Shown: one piece after another, positions 1 to 19,156 of the stretch
Numbering within the stretch: position 1 is the first letter of the stretch
Layout: each line of letters opens with the position of its first letter
Assembly (NCBI RefSeq): GCF_003704095.1
Contig: NW_020843829.1
Coordinates: 558,001 to 622,000, forward strand
DNA from: Pocillopora damicornis
Taxonomy: Eukaryota
DNA: 64,000 nt
Reading direction: 5' to 3'
Position numbers and translations under genes: made by a program
Notes under the pieces: model-generated
The model's input: the letters and a program-made list of their open reading frames with translations, nothing else
What the model was told of the DNA's origin: nothing
The model's database searches: none

Positions 1-831
1 CTGAATACAGGCTCTATCAAATAATCACAAGAGGCACCGAAAGAAAAAAAAAACAAAGAACAAAAGGAAACAACAACAAAAACATACAGGCGGCTCTTTT
101 GCGCAGGCACACTTATAGGATAATAAAGTTAAATTACTTCTTCCATATAAAAACCTGTTTCTTTTTTCCGAGCGAAACGGGTTCTCACATTTCAGGACAT
201 TAAATGCTAAATTTGAAAATGCAGCTTCCTAATCCACTAGGTTCTTGTTTGTGGGTGTTTACTGAGGTGTTTACTGTACTACAAATATGTCTACCCGCTT
301 TTCCTAAAATATGGCTAACACAGTCTCTTGCAATCTCTCCTTTTACATATGAAACAAGAGGACGAATCAAAGAAACTGGCTCCCTCTTCTGGCATTAGAG
401 TGCACTTCGATAGTGTAAGACAAACAGCAAAGTAATCACAATAGCGGATGAGAGGACAGAAGGCATCCCAGGGGGACTTTCTGAGCCAAGTCAAGATTTC
501 AAATACACAAAGTTTTTAAAAAGCACGAGCAGAACTTCCACTTTCATTTGTTTCAACACGTTCTTAGTCGTCTTCGTCCTTATTTAAGTAGGATCTCTCA
601 AGTTTCAAGCAACTCGCATGTAACCTTAATGTTCTGGTTATTTTCAGATTCTCTTTAGATTCCCGAAAACGAGAGAGATCTATAAATAACTGAGAGAAAT
701 GAACACAAAAAATGAGGCGTGAAATAAGAAAGAGAATGGTAGCGTGACCATCTTGACGTACAAGAAATATAAGTAAAATAGTACAGTTAATTGTTAGTAA
801 ACGTGGGACTAAATTAGCCCCATTTCTTGCT

Positions 832-3800
832 CTATCGCGAGTAGAACTTGAGATGACGATCAAGACCAACAGACGCAACGAATGAGGCGTGTTTGCCAAA
901 TTTCACTCCTGTCGTCACATCAGAGTGTTCTGTAAAAGAAAAAAAACAAAATACTGCGATCACCTCAGATATAGATGGAGTTCGTAGAATGCTTTTCGAT
1001 TAGCTTCTGAAAAGCAGAAGCAAAGCCATCACAACGGCCGGTAGTTCTACTCAGAACATGGGAAAATATCACAAAGGGCCAATGGGAAACAAGATTCTTT
1101 TCTTAGCTCTGTGATTGGTCATGAAAACTCATGCCACCCTATCAACCAATCAAATGCAAAACTAAAATCAGCTGCTACTAAATCACACGCGTTCTTCCCC
1201 GCTAAAAGCCGTTTACACGAACTGTCGGAGCGAATGGGAAAGGACTAACGCTCGAAAAGTCAGCTTTAGAAACTCTATACGAAGGCCAAAATACATCATC
1301 GATTTAGTTGTTTTAAAAACCAAATTATCATGTTATAGCCCCACCGACGCAGCACTTCAGTTTATTTGGAAACTTACCCCCTTTATTCTTACCCAGATTG
1401 GATAGAATGGGTAATATACTGAGCCACAATTTGATTGAAAGGTTATGTTAGAACCTTCAATAACAGGTTTTTTTTGTTTCCGTTTTACCTATCCTTTTAC
1501 ATTGAATGAAAGGAAGACACACAGAAAATCTACCTGCAAATGACTTTATCATCTCCCATTGTTTGACGAGGTAGATCCTAAAAAAAAATACAAAAAATGA
1601 AATAAAAAAACAAAATTGAATGCTTGTCGCCAATCTTGAGACAATCGAATGTCTTGGTTGAAGTGACAAGCACAAGATGACATGAGATGAATTACAGTCA
1701 GTTAAAATTACTTGAGCAAAGCAAGACAAAACTAACATTCCTAATATCTGAAGTGTACATAAATAGCATCAACAAACTCTATTTTAAAAAATTAGCTGAA
1801 TTATATGCGAATTTTAATTGTTCTCCCTTGTGATTTTTTAATTGTTCTCACTTGTGATCTTTTGATCTTTAATTCGTTTCTTTATCATATAAAACAAATA
1901 GATTGCAATCTGCAATGGGTTTGTGCAGTAATACGTCACGATGACGTCAAAATGTGGGAGGAACATCAGAGACACAATCGGCTGCGCCTCGTGTTCTCAC
2001 CACATCTTGATGTAATCCGTTATATTTTTACTGAATGGACACACAGCAGGATTTGTATTTTTGTAATAAACATATTCGACTTACTGAACTTCGGAACCAC
2101 CCACGGCTAAATATGTACCACTCTGATCAAAACTGAGTGTTTTAACCTGTAAAATAAAGACACAGACATCACTTCAAGGATTCAAAATACTTAGTTTTAT
2201 CACTCTTAGCTGTCTCACTCAAGTTGGATTGTCTCGCGGGAGATCGCAAAAAATCACACCCCAGGTTTCCCGAGGAACCGATGGTACTTTTTTTCCACAG
2301 AACGGCCTCAGTCCCGGCGCTCTTCATTCGCCTGAAAGAGCTGATTCTTGCTTGTGGTTAAGGTCCAGTGAGTTATACCCTTCCACGTGTTATCAATTCC
2401 TTCATCAACAATATCGTTAGGCACTCAAAATCCCAACACACTTCTTGAGTATTTTACACGAAAAAGTGAAAACCGACTGCCCTTTTTCATAGAAAAGGAC
2501 CAGAGTGTCCAGAACTAGTTCAATCTGTTTCCATAAATTATCTTTTCCGTGTTCTGTTACGACCAGGATGGTCCAATTTTTTTGCCCCTTGTGAGAAATA
2601 AAATGGGGCTTAACTGCATTTACTCTATTTATACCTCAAATCTATCTTCAAGCGTTATGGTTTTGAAGTTTTTCAGTTTGCGCAAATCCCACAGTTTTAC
2701 AACTGAGTCGTCCGCAGATGTAGCTAGGTAGTAACTGCAATACAACAGACAGCTGTTAAAACAACCAAAAAAAAGCACAAAAAGGAAACTGAAGACAAAA
2801 CTAAAGACGAACAAACAAAGCGAAATTTTGAATATCTACCCATTTTCAGAGAAGGAAATGTCAGTAATTGGTCCGGAATGTCCTGGAAATTTAGCTACAT
2901 TAGCACCTTCCTTGAGATCCCAGATCTTTATCACACTGTTAGCAAAAGAGAACAAAAAGTCAGCAAATATTGTGACAACAACACTGACCAGAAGTTTGGC
3001 TTTACTGTTTTAAAAATAATAAAAGAAAGTTGTCATGATCACTTTTCCCTCGCATCATACATACATGACCATACATTCTGCTTTACATTTCCCCCTTAAT
3101 ATTTTACTTATCCTCTTGATGCGTTCATAATGTAAGAAGAAATGAGACATTAATCACAAACCTGTCAGTGGTTCCAGTACCAAAAATAAGACCGTCAGGA
3201 TGAAACTGAGCACATGTCAATCCTGAGGTTAGTAGAAATACAACATGTTAATAACTCCTAGGGAAGGTTTATGGGAAGTCACTTGTGGTATTACTAGAGG
3301 TATGAAAAAAAAAACCCAAAGCAAAGAGAATCAAACACAATTAAAAATCTTGTAATTACCTTGATTGATGTTAGGATCTGATAAACACCTGGTGAGGACA
3401 TGGCCAGTTCTAAGATCAGAGAAAGCCCAATACTGATCTGTTGAGCAGCTAAGGAGGTAGTCACCTAAAGAAAAAAAAATAAGGCACATTGGTGATAGTG
3501 TTTGAGTAATTTTAATAAACCATGTGCACTTTAAGTGATTACAATTGTCAAGAAAATATACTCTTATTATTTTGAGTCACGATGAAGAAACAAATCAGGC
3601 CTGAAAAGGTTTATTTACTCAATAGAGCAATTTTCAATTGAATGTCAAAAGTAATTTGGAATTGTTTTAGTTTTGCTCTACTTTGCTCTGTGATTAGTCC
3701 AGAAAACTAGCATCACTTTCTCAACCAATCAGATGTAAAACTAAAACCAATCAAGCCTTAGTTTCCCACATTTCTCCTTGCACTTCAGGCTGTTAGTTTT

Positions 3801-6800
3801 TTTTTTTTTAACCCTTTAACTCCCATGAGTGACCAAGACTGAATTTCTCCTTACAATACCTATACAAAATGAAGCAGAAAAGTGATGAGAACAAAGAAAA
3901 ATATCAATTTGGGGGTTGTAAGTTGATCCAATACCAAATTCTCCAAACTGACATCACAAGAACTGTATGGCAGACAGTAAGGAGGATTACTAATGAGATC
4001 TTGGGAGTTAAAGGGTTATTTTGAAATCTCATTGGCTCTTAGAGGTAGTTTCCTTTCTTCTGATTGATTTACTTTGGTTTTGGTTTTAAACACTCAATTG
4101 AAAAATACTCAGTACTAAAAAATCTAGTATGTATACTTAGTCTAACATAATCAACAGATTTTACGGCAAGTAACAAATGAAAGATACCTGTTGCATGGAG
4201 ACTAAGCCCAGTAACAGCTTGATCATGTGCCTGAAAAAAAAAACCAGAATACTAAGTGTCCAGGATGGAATTCTTCACTCCAAAAGGGCAAACAAAGTGA
4301 TGAACATTCTAGATTTACCAAGTGGTTTTATGAGACTGGTTATTATAGAATGACAGTTAAGTCTGACATTTACAGTGGACAGGATCCTTTTACTAGCTTA
4401 GGGTTACTTTTAAAAAAACATGATAGGGAAAATTTCAAGAATATTATCAGCACAACTACTATTAGCTCATGCAGTTGAACAAATCAGTTTTTTTTTTACT
4501 TTAGTACCTTAACAGGTACATTAGTACCTTAACAGTGTGTAAGCATGAAGCCTGTGGAATGGACCACACCCTGATGGTCGTATCTGCCGATCCAGTGAAA
4601 CCAAGATCCTGAAACAAATATTGACATCATTTTCAAAGTCACATAGAGCATGAAATAACCAAAAATATCAGATTCTTTATGGATAGAGATTCATCACTCT
4701 GCATGGAATTGACTGGCAAACACCCATCTCACCTCATGTGGATGATACACAACATTTGTAACCTTCTTCGTGTGGCCTTTGAGAGTTGCAATGACCTAAA
4801 GACAAGATGGTAATTGAAAAGATTATGATTGTTGTTGTCAGGTTGGTGGGAGTCTTACCCATTTGGTTGCATCATTGTTGGAAATTACAGTTGCATTGAT
4901 GAAAAATTGAGTTAAGGATGTTTTGTAGAGGGTTGTATTTAATGTTTATGTCAAGGTTATACCTAAACAGATTCAAATTGTACCTGTTCTGAGTCACGAT
5001 AGAACACCACTGCATTTTTGTCCAGGCCACCTGATGAAAGAGAAAATAGTGACACACTTGTCAACAGCTGTTTCTGTTATTTAATACCTGAAATCTTCAC
5101 TTTCATTACCCTTTCCATCTAGATATGATTAATATAAAACTTCCCCTTACATTATCAACATATTGTGACAATACCTGATGATTAGAAGAAAAGCAATCCC
5201 CAACTGGGGGAAAACAAATCAATCCAACACAAACTTTTCTAAACCAACATTCAAGTTTCATTGAAAAATTCAATACAGACCTGTAATGACTCTGGATGTA
5301 TCTGCAGCAAATAAATCCAAAGCTAAGATTCCAGGATTGCTTGCACTGTGTAAGCCCTAAAATATGTATTGAAGCCATAATGTTAAAAATAATATATCAC
5401 CTACTGCACATATTTTCCAGTAACTTATATGAGTAGAAGGCTTTAGGCAGAGTCAATGGGCTGTCTCACAGCCTTACATAATAACTTGGATTACACCACA
5501 TGAAACCAAAGTATGTTTTTTATTGTGTTTGTGGGGGGAAGAAAATTTTAAGTAGCCTTATCATTGCTTGGTCTAAAAAAACTGTTACAAGCTTCTCAAT
5601 GGATGCCAGTTTAAAAACCAGTTCTGAATTTTCTCCATATTTGAAACAAGTTTCAAGAAACAGCTTTGATTTCTGGGCTTTCTGCATCATTTATCATTGT
5701 TCTTCTTTGTCCTGATTGGCTGATATAATTACTAATAGGTTTTGGCTAATTGTTAAGTATGCTTTAAGTACTTTGGTTTAAGTACATTATCTTTCTATTT
5801 TCTCACTCTTTTATTCTATAAAAAAAGGTGTCAATTTGAATGCCAACTTACTGCATGTGAGGAGATTGGTTTGTAAGATTGTATCTCATCTGTTGTACTC
5901 AAGTCCTCTGGAACCTTCTTGCCTCTCTGAATAGGATAACAGAGAACACAAAATGAGATAACCACTTCACCAAAGTAGTTGACAGCACTTGTCTACATAT
6001 CACTGATAGTCACCACACAAAATTTGCTAGAGAAGCATTTCATGACAGCGTTTTCTTAGGAAGGTGATTTCTACTGATAGGTAGATGGTAATGGATTTCA
6101 ACTTTGTCCTTCAATCTGTACAATCTTCTTGGCTACATAGTCATGCTATACCATTCCTTGATTCCTCATATCCCAACCTTTGTCTCTAGAGTTTAGTAAC
6201 TATATGATTGTCAGAACAGCCACAAAGCTCATACCTTCTTACGTTCAGCTGTGAGGAGAGTGGCTTTGTCTTGCAACTAAAATGAGAACAATAACACAAA
6301 ATTTATGGTGTCATTTCATAATGCTCAGGGCAGTAATACTTTCGAGGCCTTATCTGTCTATTGAAAAGCTTAAGATTACTATAACACATAATCAAAATGC
6401 ATAACTAACCAACACAAGTTTAAATAGATCATTTTTTGCTGCTTTTGGCACATTAACAAATTACCCACCCAGTTTCTCCATCTTTCATGTCATTAAGCTT
6501 GAAAAATATTATCCAGGCCCAATCGTAAAACATTTACAATAACTTACTTTCTGCAGGACTTCTTCTGTCATTCCTTCTTCTTCACCAGGCTGAAGAGAAA
6601 AATTCTAGGCTTAGCTAATAAATGGTTCTTGCAATCAGTTTACAGGGAAATGTGTGGCTGCTAGAGGGTAGGATTAACGATCAGATCTTGGGAGTCAGAG
6701 GGTTAAGAGTTTAAAATCTTAAAAATGAAAAGAGATTTCATGCACACATATCTTGAAAGTTTGAGTTTGACTTACCTGAGCCGATACATCCATAGCTTCC

Positions 6801-9071
6801 TCCATCTGAAACAAAAGGCAAAATATGTGTTATCAGTTTAGTTAAAGTTCTAAATAGACACATGCTTGCTTGTTTTTCCACGGAAAAAAAGTTATTGAAA
6901 AATCTCTGACTGGATTTGCTCTCTACAATACCTGCACTGGAACAGCTGAAGGAACAGCCACAGCCATACCAGCTTGTGGTTTGAGAGTTGCCAAAGCTGG
7001 AGACAAAAGGAGCAGAGTAAGTAACAATGCATTACAATTTTTCTAAATCAATAATTGTAAGATGTATTAGTGGAATACCTTCACGAGCTGCAGTGACTTC
7101 CTTTGTCAATCGAGCAATGACACGACAAGCAGCATCATGCTGGTAGAGAGCATGAGACAACTCTGGAACAAACATTAAAAAATCATGTCAATGAAAACAG
7201 TTATCTGCAATTCATGCCAAGCTCATTCTGAGAAATCACAGGCCACAATAATCTGACCACTCACAAATGCCACCTTTTTCCCATACTTACCATCCATTGT
7301 TTCATAGTATAGAAGTATGAAGTAACAGTTACCTTGTCGGGCAGTCTGAAGTTGCTGACGTAATGTAAAACTTTGCAACATGCAGGCATCCTAGAAACAA
7401 AAAAAAAGAACATGAATTTGAGGTGTAAATTTTATTTTGAAGATGTTTTCTTTTGTGATGTTTCACCAAGTACTGACTTAAACAGTGTATTTAGGATGCA
7501 GTTATACATTTCAGTATTTCTAATCACCAAGAAGGCTATGTGTATAGCAATACAATAACTCTTCAGAACACACAACTTTTACTGTAAAAGGGAATAATTG
7601 CAAGCTCTTTATGATAATCTAAAGATTCACTAACGAATGAATTAATGAACCCAAAAGATTTTCAGTCTGTTACAGTTAAACTTATTTTCTTTACCATTGT
7701 CAGTATCTGTAAGGGAATTTGATAAAGAAAAGATCCTCTGACTCATGATGCACTTAACGGGTGCACCAGACATGGGTGATTACCACCTCTGAGCATTCAA
7801 GTTTAATGCATTTTGCTGAAATTCTTCCTTCCTTACCCATTCATCCTGAAGTGCTTTCAGAATAGCAGGAATACTTGTTGCTGATGGTGGTCTAGGTTTG
7901 ATCAATGAATTGACTGAAACAAAATTACAAGGTAAGCAAGATAAAATAATACAATATACTATTAAATTTAAAATTTAAGACCTTTTGAGCAAAACAATCA
8001 TAACACAAGTATTCTTACAGCATTGTGGAAAAAAGTACACCATAGTAAAACCCCAGCTGAATGAAACTTCTCAAAGAATCAAACAGTTTTACATAATGAG
8101 GTTACGAAAGTGGAAACTAAATAAGTGGAAAAATCTTCCTCCGTGAAATGATGTTACTTTAATATGTCGTAAATTACCTTTTATATCAATCAGCTGCTCT
8201 TCTGAAAGCTGTTCACCACTTATTGGATCAGTGCCATTTTCCGCAATATACTTTTCAATAAGCCTCCTCTCAAACACGCAGTTAGAAGATGGTGACACAC
8301 ATGGGTGATCAGGAACTTCATTGCTGACTACAAATTGGCAAGGTTCATATAACATTTACTTCTTTAACTTCACTTCAACAAGACTGCAAGTTGTGTTTAA
8401 TGAAGATTACAAAGAAAAATTCTGCAATCTACAGTGACTTATCTCACAACTTTGTTTGCCTGTTTTAAAATTACTAAGAGGCCGTTTTCGACATACCCTT
8501 CGGTAGTAACAAGCAAAAAAAGGATATAGAGGTAAAATTATCATAATATTTTATGGGACTGATCATCAAGTTAAACCTTGATCGCAATCTAGACTAAGAA
8601 ATTTTTTCATTCAAATAAGTAGTAAGTTATTATAGCCTCCTTTGCATTAACTGGGTACAAAGTTAATCAACTTTAAGAAGATTATCAGATTTCTGACAGT
8701 ACGTACAGAAAGGATCAAATTAGCTAGGGCTCACTTCGCACGATCGAGCTTTAACAAGACTCTGAATCCGACAAGCTGACAGTGTAGTGCCGTGAAAACG
8801 TGGATTTAAGTGCTTGTGCCTTAACGTTACATCCGAAAACGACATTTCATTCAATCCACGCTAAGCAAAATTACTACGAGTACACCGACGAAAACAAACA
8901 TGACATTAGTTTGAATTTCGACATAGCACATCATAACGCACAATAATCAAGGTATAATGCAAAGATAATCAATTAATGTATGTTTGGGAAGTAGGAATTT
9001 TAAGATCGAATACGTTTTAAAGCGGTTTTCTAAGGGATTAAGAGAAACTTACTTGAACAGAAGAGCGCCAT
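832..9071 (-). CDS. PRPF19: Pre-mRNA-processing factor 19 (U-box E3 ligase, coiled coil, WD40); about 20 exons
   Basis: Exon 1 9053-9071 MALFCS; exon 8178-8327 [35 protein letters not shown] (U-box); later exons [83 protein letters not shown]; last exon ...[11 protein letters not shown] (stop 832-834). GT-AG boundaries keep frame where checked. Confidence 0.97.
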
Positions 9072-10466
9072 CTTGTTTCCTTGCAAGCATGTGCAACACC
9101 AAAGGACTATGGGATATTACTTAGTCGCCCCAGTCGCGCCAGAGTACACAGGCAGCATATCTCATCTCTCACGATGTTGGAAGGAATACCACCATTAATC
9201 AAAGTTGGTGATCCTTTCTAAATTTTTAAAAACATTTTGTTGAGTCCTCAGGTTCCCCATAAATCTTAAGAGTCCTATTTTCATGAAACAAGATTACCAG
9301 GTACATCATTCTTTCTCAAATAGTACATAGGTTCAGCACTCCCTAAGTTCTTTCAAGTAGAAGCCTGCAGTGTGAGCAGTAATTGAATGTTTTTCTCCTA
9401 GCTTTAATGTGAATCTTAACATCAGAATGTCTCAAGTTACATATTCTTAACAGTGGATCAAGAGTCTGTGTACCAATCCAAAATCACGATTTTCCTGACT
9501 TTTTGTGAAAGGCCTGATAGGCGTGGCTGAAGTCACAAACATATTTGACTGATGACAAGAAATTAGTTAATATGGGAGACCAATTTCCAAGAAAACTCTC
9601 CAAATCAGATTCTCATTTTCATGTTTTATAATAATGAGAATAGTATCTGACTTATTCTACAGCCTATTTTGACCTGATTTTTTGATAAAATGAAAATAAA
9701 TCTACTTCTCAAAGTGATAACCTTATTTATATTTTGTCAAAAATAAATTTTGCCTTTGGTCTCCAAATCTTGGACAGTTTTTAATAAAAATGCTAAGAAA
9801 TTTGTGTCCTTCACAGAATTCCTCACCACCTAACAGAGGAAAAAAAGAACTTCACAAACCAGTCAGATAAAGAAGCAGTGTCTTTATTCCTTTAATACAA
9901 CATCAAGCAGGTAAGGATGTCAACATCCTCATCCCCTCAAGTTGTTCATATTCTCACCACAAAATTCAAGTCATATTTTCAGTTTTGATATCATAACAGT
10001 TTTATGCTATAAGTGTATTCACAGTTTCTATCTATAATGTAATTAACAATTATCTATGTTGGCTATCATCCCTGTATACACATAACTGTACATCTGTACA
10101 TTTAAGATTTTTACAATCCTTTGCTAAAAAGCTAAAAACTTTTGGCAAGTGACAAGAAAACCTTTACATGAAAAATAAGAACAATCTAAAGTACACATTT
10201 AATCACTCTGTCCCTATCATTGGAGACATGCGTCAACTCCTCAATCCTCTATTATATATTATTGAACCATATAATATTATCTCTCAACAAATCATAAGAC
10301 TACTTCACTTAAAACATTATAACAACAGAAAAGGGCTCATAGAATTGAAACATATACACACTATTTACATTAAAATGTACATGCTATTTGTCAAAACAAA
10401 TGACTTGAGGCTTGTCATGTTGATAAAAAAATGGTGATATATACAAATATAATACAGTTGAATTAT

Positions 10467-12414
10467 TTATTCTGGTCCATTTTGTTGAGATTGCTGCTTA
10501 TGCCGCCACCCTTTTTCAGGTGAACTCAATGGTGACACAATAATTTTTCCTACATCCTCTACTGCTGTAGACCCATCTGTGTAAATTGTTGCAGGAACCC
10601 CCTGGGAGGAATGCCCCCTGTTCATTTGGACCCTTCCTGTGTAAGGAGTCTTGGGTGTTGTAGCTAGTCTTTCGTTTGCAGAAATCGGTGGTAAGGGTTC
10701 TGGTGCAGCCCTAACCACTACCTGTGGGTCTGGTCTTGTTCCAGTTCTCAGGAACTCTACATAATCATCAGGAAACGGTCTTTCCCTTCCTGCAGAACGC
10801 TGCAAACCTTTTGAAATTCCTAGTCCTGGTCTTGAAGGAGAAGAAGCTCGCTTTGGACGCAAGGGCATGCCTTTGGTTGATTTCACAGGTGCTACATTCA
10901 GTTGGATTTCATTTGGTGAGGCTTGGATTCCAACAGCTCTTGAAGTCTTCATCTTAGTGCCTAATGACTGAGGAACAGGAGACGTAGTAGACCTGCGATA
11001 TCTTCGCTGAACATTGGAAGGAGTACCCTCTCTTGGTGGAACAGGTGTTCTTGAAGATGTTCCACTTGAGATATCTGTGTGGGATGATCCATTTTCCACT
11101 GCAGTATTACCTTCTATTCTTGCTTCTCGTGACTCCTTAGAGACTTCGGTGATGTTTTTCCCAGTTGAAGGCTGATTTTGATGATTTCTTCCAGACTGTC
11201 GTATTTTGCTATTGTGAAGTTGAGAGGTCAGATATGCTATAGTGTCTGATTTCTTTTCAAGTTCCTTTAACACAGCAATTAGATTAGATTCTTTTTCAGA
11301 TAAATCCTTGACATACTTTTGATCCAGTGTTTTCAGCTGAGCTTCCAGAACCACAATTCTTTTGTTCTTCTTTTCAATAATTCCCTTTAACTCAATGTTC
11401 TCAGTCTTGAACTCAGCCAGTACTTTTTGTGACTCATCTACAGTGTGTTTTACTTGAGCTGCAAAATTAAGTAAAGGAAAAAATATAAACACGTTTTTTC
11501 CCACCTTTCCTGAATCTCTGAGAGGAAAGAAATTATATTGGTGAAATGATTATACACAATGTTAGTCTTGAATTTCCCTGTGGCAAACCACCTTTGAACC
11601 CAAAAGATTTAGTGGCATGACAGGTACAACTGCAAGTATGAGATGATGTCAAACACTACTGATTCTCAAAGATTGGGCATTTGCCCAATAAAGGGGTGAA
11701 ATTTGCAACCCATGGTAGAATCCAATTTTAAACCAAATTTTCGCATACTTTCAAAGCCTACCTTTTAAAAAATAACAAATAATAAGGAACTTCACCATAT
11801 TGCTGGTATTTTATCGACAGAAGATCAAAACTGGGTGAGATTATAAACTAGAAAGAAATGGCATAATAATGAAGCAAAATAATAAAAGACAGAGCCATCG
11901 GTGACAAATTTACCGGCAAATCTGTCAATTTACAGAGTCTCGTATCTGACCTTACCAACAGAAACAGAGAAATGTCACATAACAAGTGTTGCAAATATTA
12001 ATTCAACCAATGAGATGAGATTATGCGGTAAAATTAACAGGGTAATTTCTTACAAAAGTAGTTTTCACTCAAAAATAATTATAAGACCAAGCGAAGAGAA
12101 AACATCTGTTCTGTTCTATATAAACACAGACGACTGTTAGTTGGATAGAATATTACATACCTTCCTCGTCATTTGCAGTTGTAGCGTTCATAGCCAGTTT
12201 GAAAGTTAGTTCTGTAAAAAAATAAAATGTTATTCCCACGAAATCATGTGCTAACTTTACCATATTAACGATATCTACCTCCACATTTCTTTTGAAGCTT
12301 ATTGATCTCCGCATAGAGTCCCTGTAATGTTTTTGCGTGTTCTTGTTGCATAAAAAGGAGAGAACTTTCAGCATTTTGAAGCTGTACACGAGCCTGAGCT
12401 AGCGTCCCAGTCAT
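10467..12414 (-). CDS. CCDC92: Coiled-coil domain-containing protein 92; 3 coding exons (~12279-12414, ~12160-12211, 10467-11459)
   Basis: Spliced translation MTGTLAQARVQLQNAESSLLFMQQEHAKTLQGLYAEINKLQKKCG|ELTFKL... and ELEKKSDTIAYLTSQLH match CCDC92 motifs (LLFLQREHASTLKGLH; TIAYLTSQLH); Ser/Pro/Arg-rich C-terminus with PEPLPPI. Confidence 0.88.
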
Positions 12415-12786
12415 TCCTATAGTCCTGTCGGTGTTTAGCTGCGATCAAACGGATATAACAGCACGTCAATCCACCCTTTCACTTTCGTTGACCATCAATT
12501 CCAAGATGGCTGCTTCCCCGTTGCCACGAGCAGCAGAACAAATATTTCCTGACAAAACCGGTTTGGTTTCGTCACAAATATTCTTACGTCATGGGTCAAT
12601 AAAAGACCTGACTTCATTGGCTATCAAGATGTAAGCTGAGCCAATCAAAGATACTAATCCATTGTAAAGGAATAATTGAGTCGCGATTCCCAAACTAACA
12701 GTTTGGTAGCGCGAAAAGAAGAACTAGATTTATTTCGATTTTTAATATATTCAAATCTGTCCTAAACTCTCTGTTTGTTTTGTGGG
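12415..12786. promoter_or_regulatory. Probable bidirectional promoter CCDC92 / Deltex
   Basis: Head-to-head start codons 372 bp apart; CAAGATGGC and CCAAT/ATTGG boxes in between. Confidence 0.55.
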
Positions 12787-17889
<5,103 letters not shown>

Positions 17890-19156
17890 TACTAAGTAAC
17901 ATACTACAAATTGTGTGTGTAGTCTTGTCAAACTTTGATTTTCTTAATATAAACAAATAATTGTTGTTGGAAAAATAGCTGTGTTCTGGTTATGAATCAA
18001 TTTTTTCCCTCTGTTTTGTTGCTAATATTGTTATAACTATCAGTGATAGGTAATATATTAACTGATTTTGTAACCAATCTATGGGTAACAGGGTAAGTTA
18101 GTATCATCAACAGAGTTGATAACAAAATTGGCCTCTGTAAAGAGTTTTAAAGCTGTGAGATAGTTTTTAGTAATTTGGGTGGAATTAACCTTGGAAAAAA
18201 AACATAACTTTCGAGGGACAGAGATAGCCCACTCATTTTGCAGGAAGTTAATGTTATGATTTTATTATGGTTTAACCCTTTCTATCTTAACATCAGTATA
18301 CATATTCTCCATACCGTTCTTTATACATTTCCTATGGTGCTGACAAGGAGAATTTGTTTAACAATCAAAAGCTTCTACAGATGGAGATCATTTCATTTAT
18401 TCCATGACTATACTGTTTGATTCAGGAGTGATATTGTAGGAAGAAATTAGATGCTAGTCACTCTTAGGTGTCAACTGGTTAACATCTTTGAAAACAATTT
18501 CATTTTATTTTTCTCTGATTTATATTTATTAGCATAATTGCAAAATACATAATACACTTTAAACATTTTTATATCAATAAGGTATTAGAACCACGACATA
18601 TAGTATTCCCTTTGTGACTGGTAAGAATGAAAAAGGATGTTTGTCTACTAATCATGACTACAGATTTGAGCCTTACTTTTTTGGTATTTTCTTAAAATGA
18701 ATCAGTCATGCATATAGCACCTGGGAAAGATTGAGTAATTTATTTGAAGTAGGAAATAATAATTATAGTGGAAATAGGTAACAAACATAATACCAAATTG
18801 AAAAAACATATTGTCAAGTTTTACTATATTGTGTCTTTTTTTCCCCTTGGAACACTATGGAAAACACTACATACCAAAGAAATAAAATTCTGGTTGAGAC
18901 AATTTCAGTCATCAATTTTTTTTCTGAGGTGTATTCTCAATATCAGCTCAAAGGGACTGAGAAAGTCGGACCTTTTGAAAGGAAATACCTCTGGTTAAAA
19001 CTTCATTTAAAAGACTAAAGAAAACCAGTAGTGTACCACTCCAAAATAGAGTTGCAGATTAATTGATGCTCCTAATTTAAACATGGAAACTTAATTTTTT
19101 AATGGCCCTTTCGGTATTTCATTTTAAATGAAACCAACAATTGTGACGTGGAAAAG

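Noticed and set aside
204-2420. Short ORFs (204-398, 564-899, 1805-2110, 2229-2420) and the many antisense ORFs over exons elsewhere
   Set aside because: No recognisable domains; they overlap UTR, intron or repeat sequence, or are shadows of real exons.
7745-7795. C/D snoRNA-like ATGATG...CTGA on the + strand
   Set aside because: Antisense to the host gene, imperfect C box and short.
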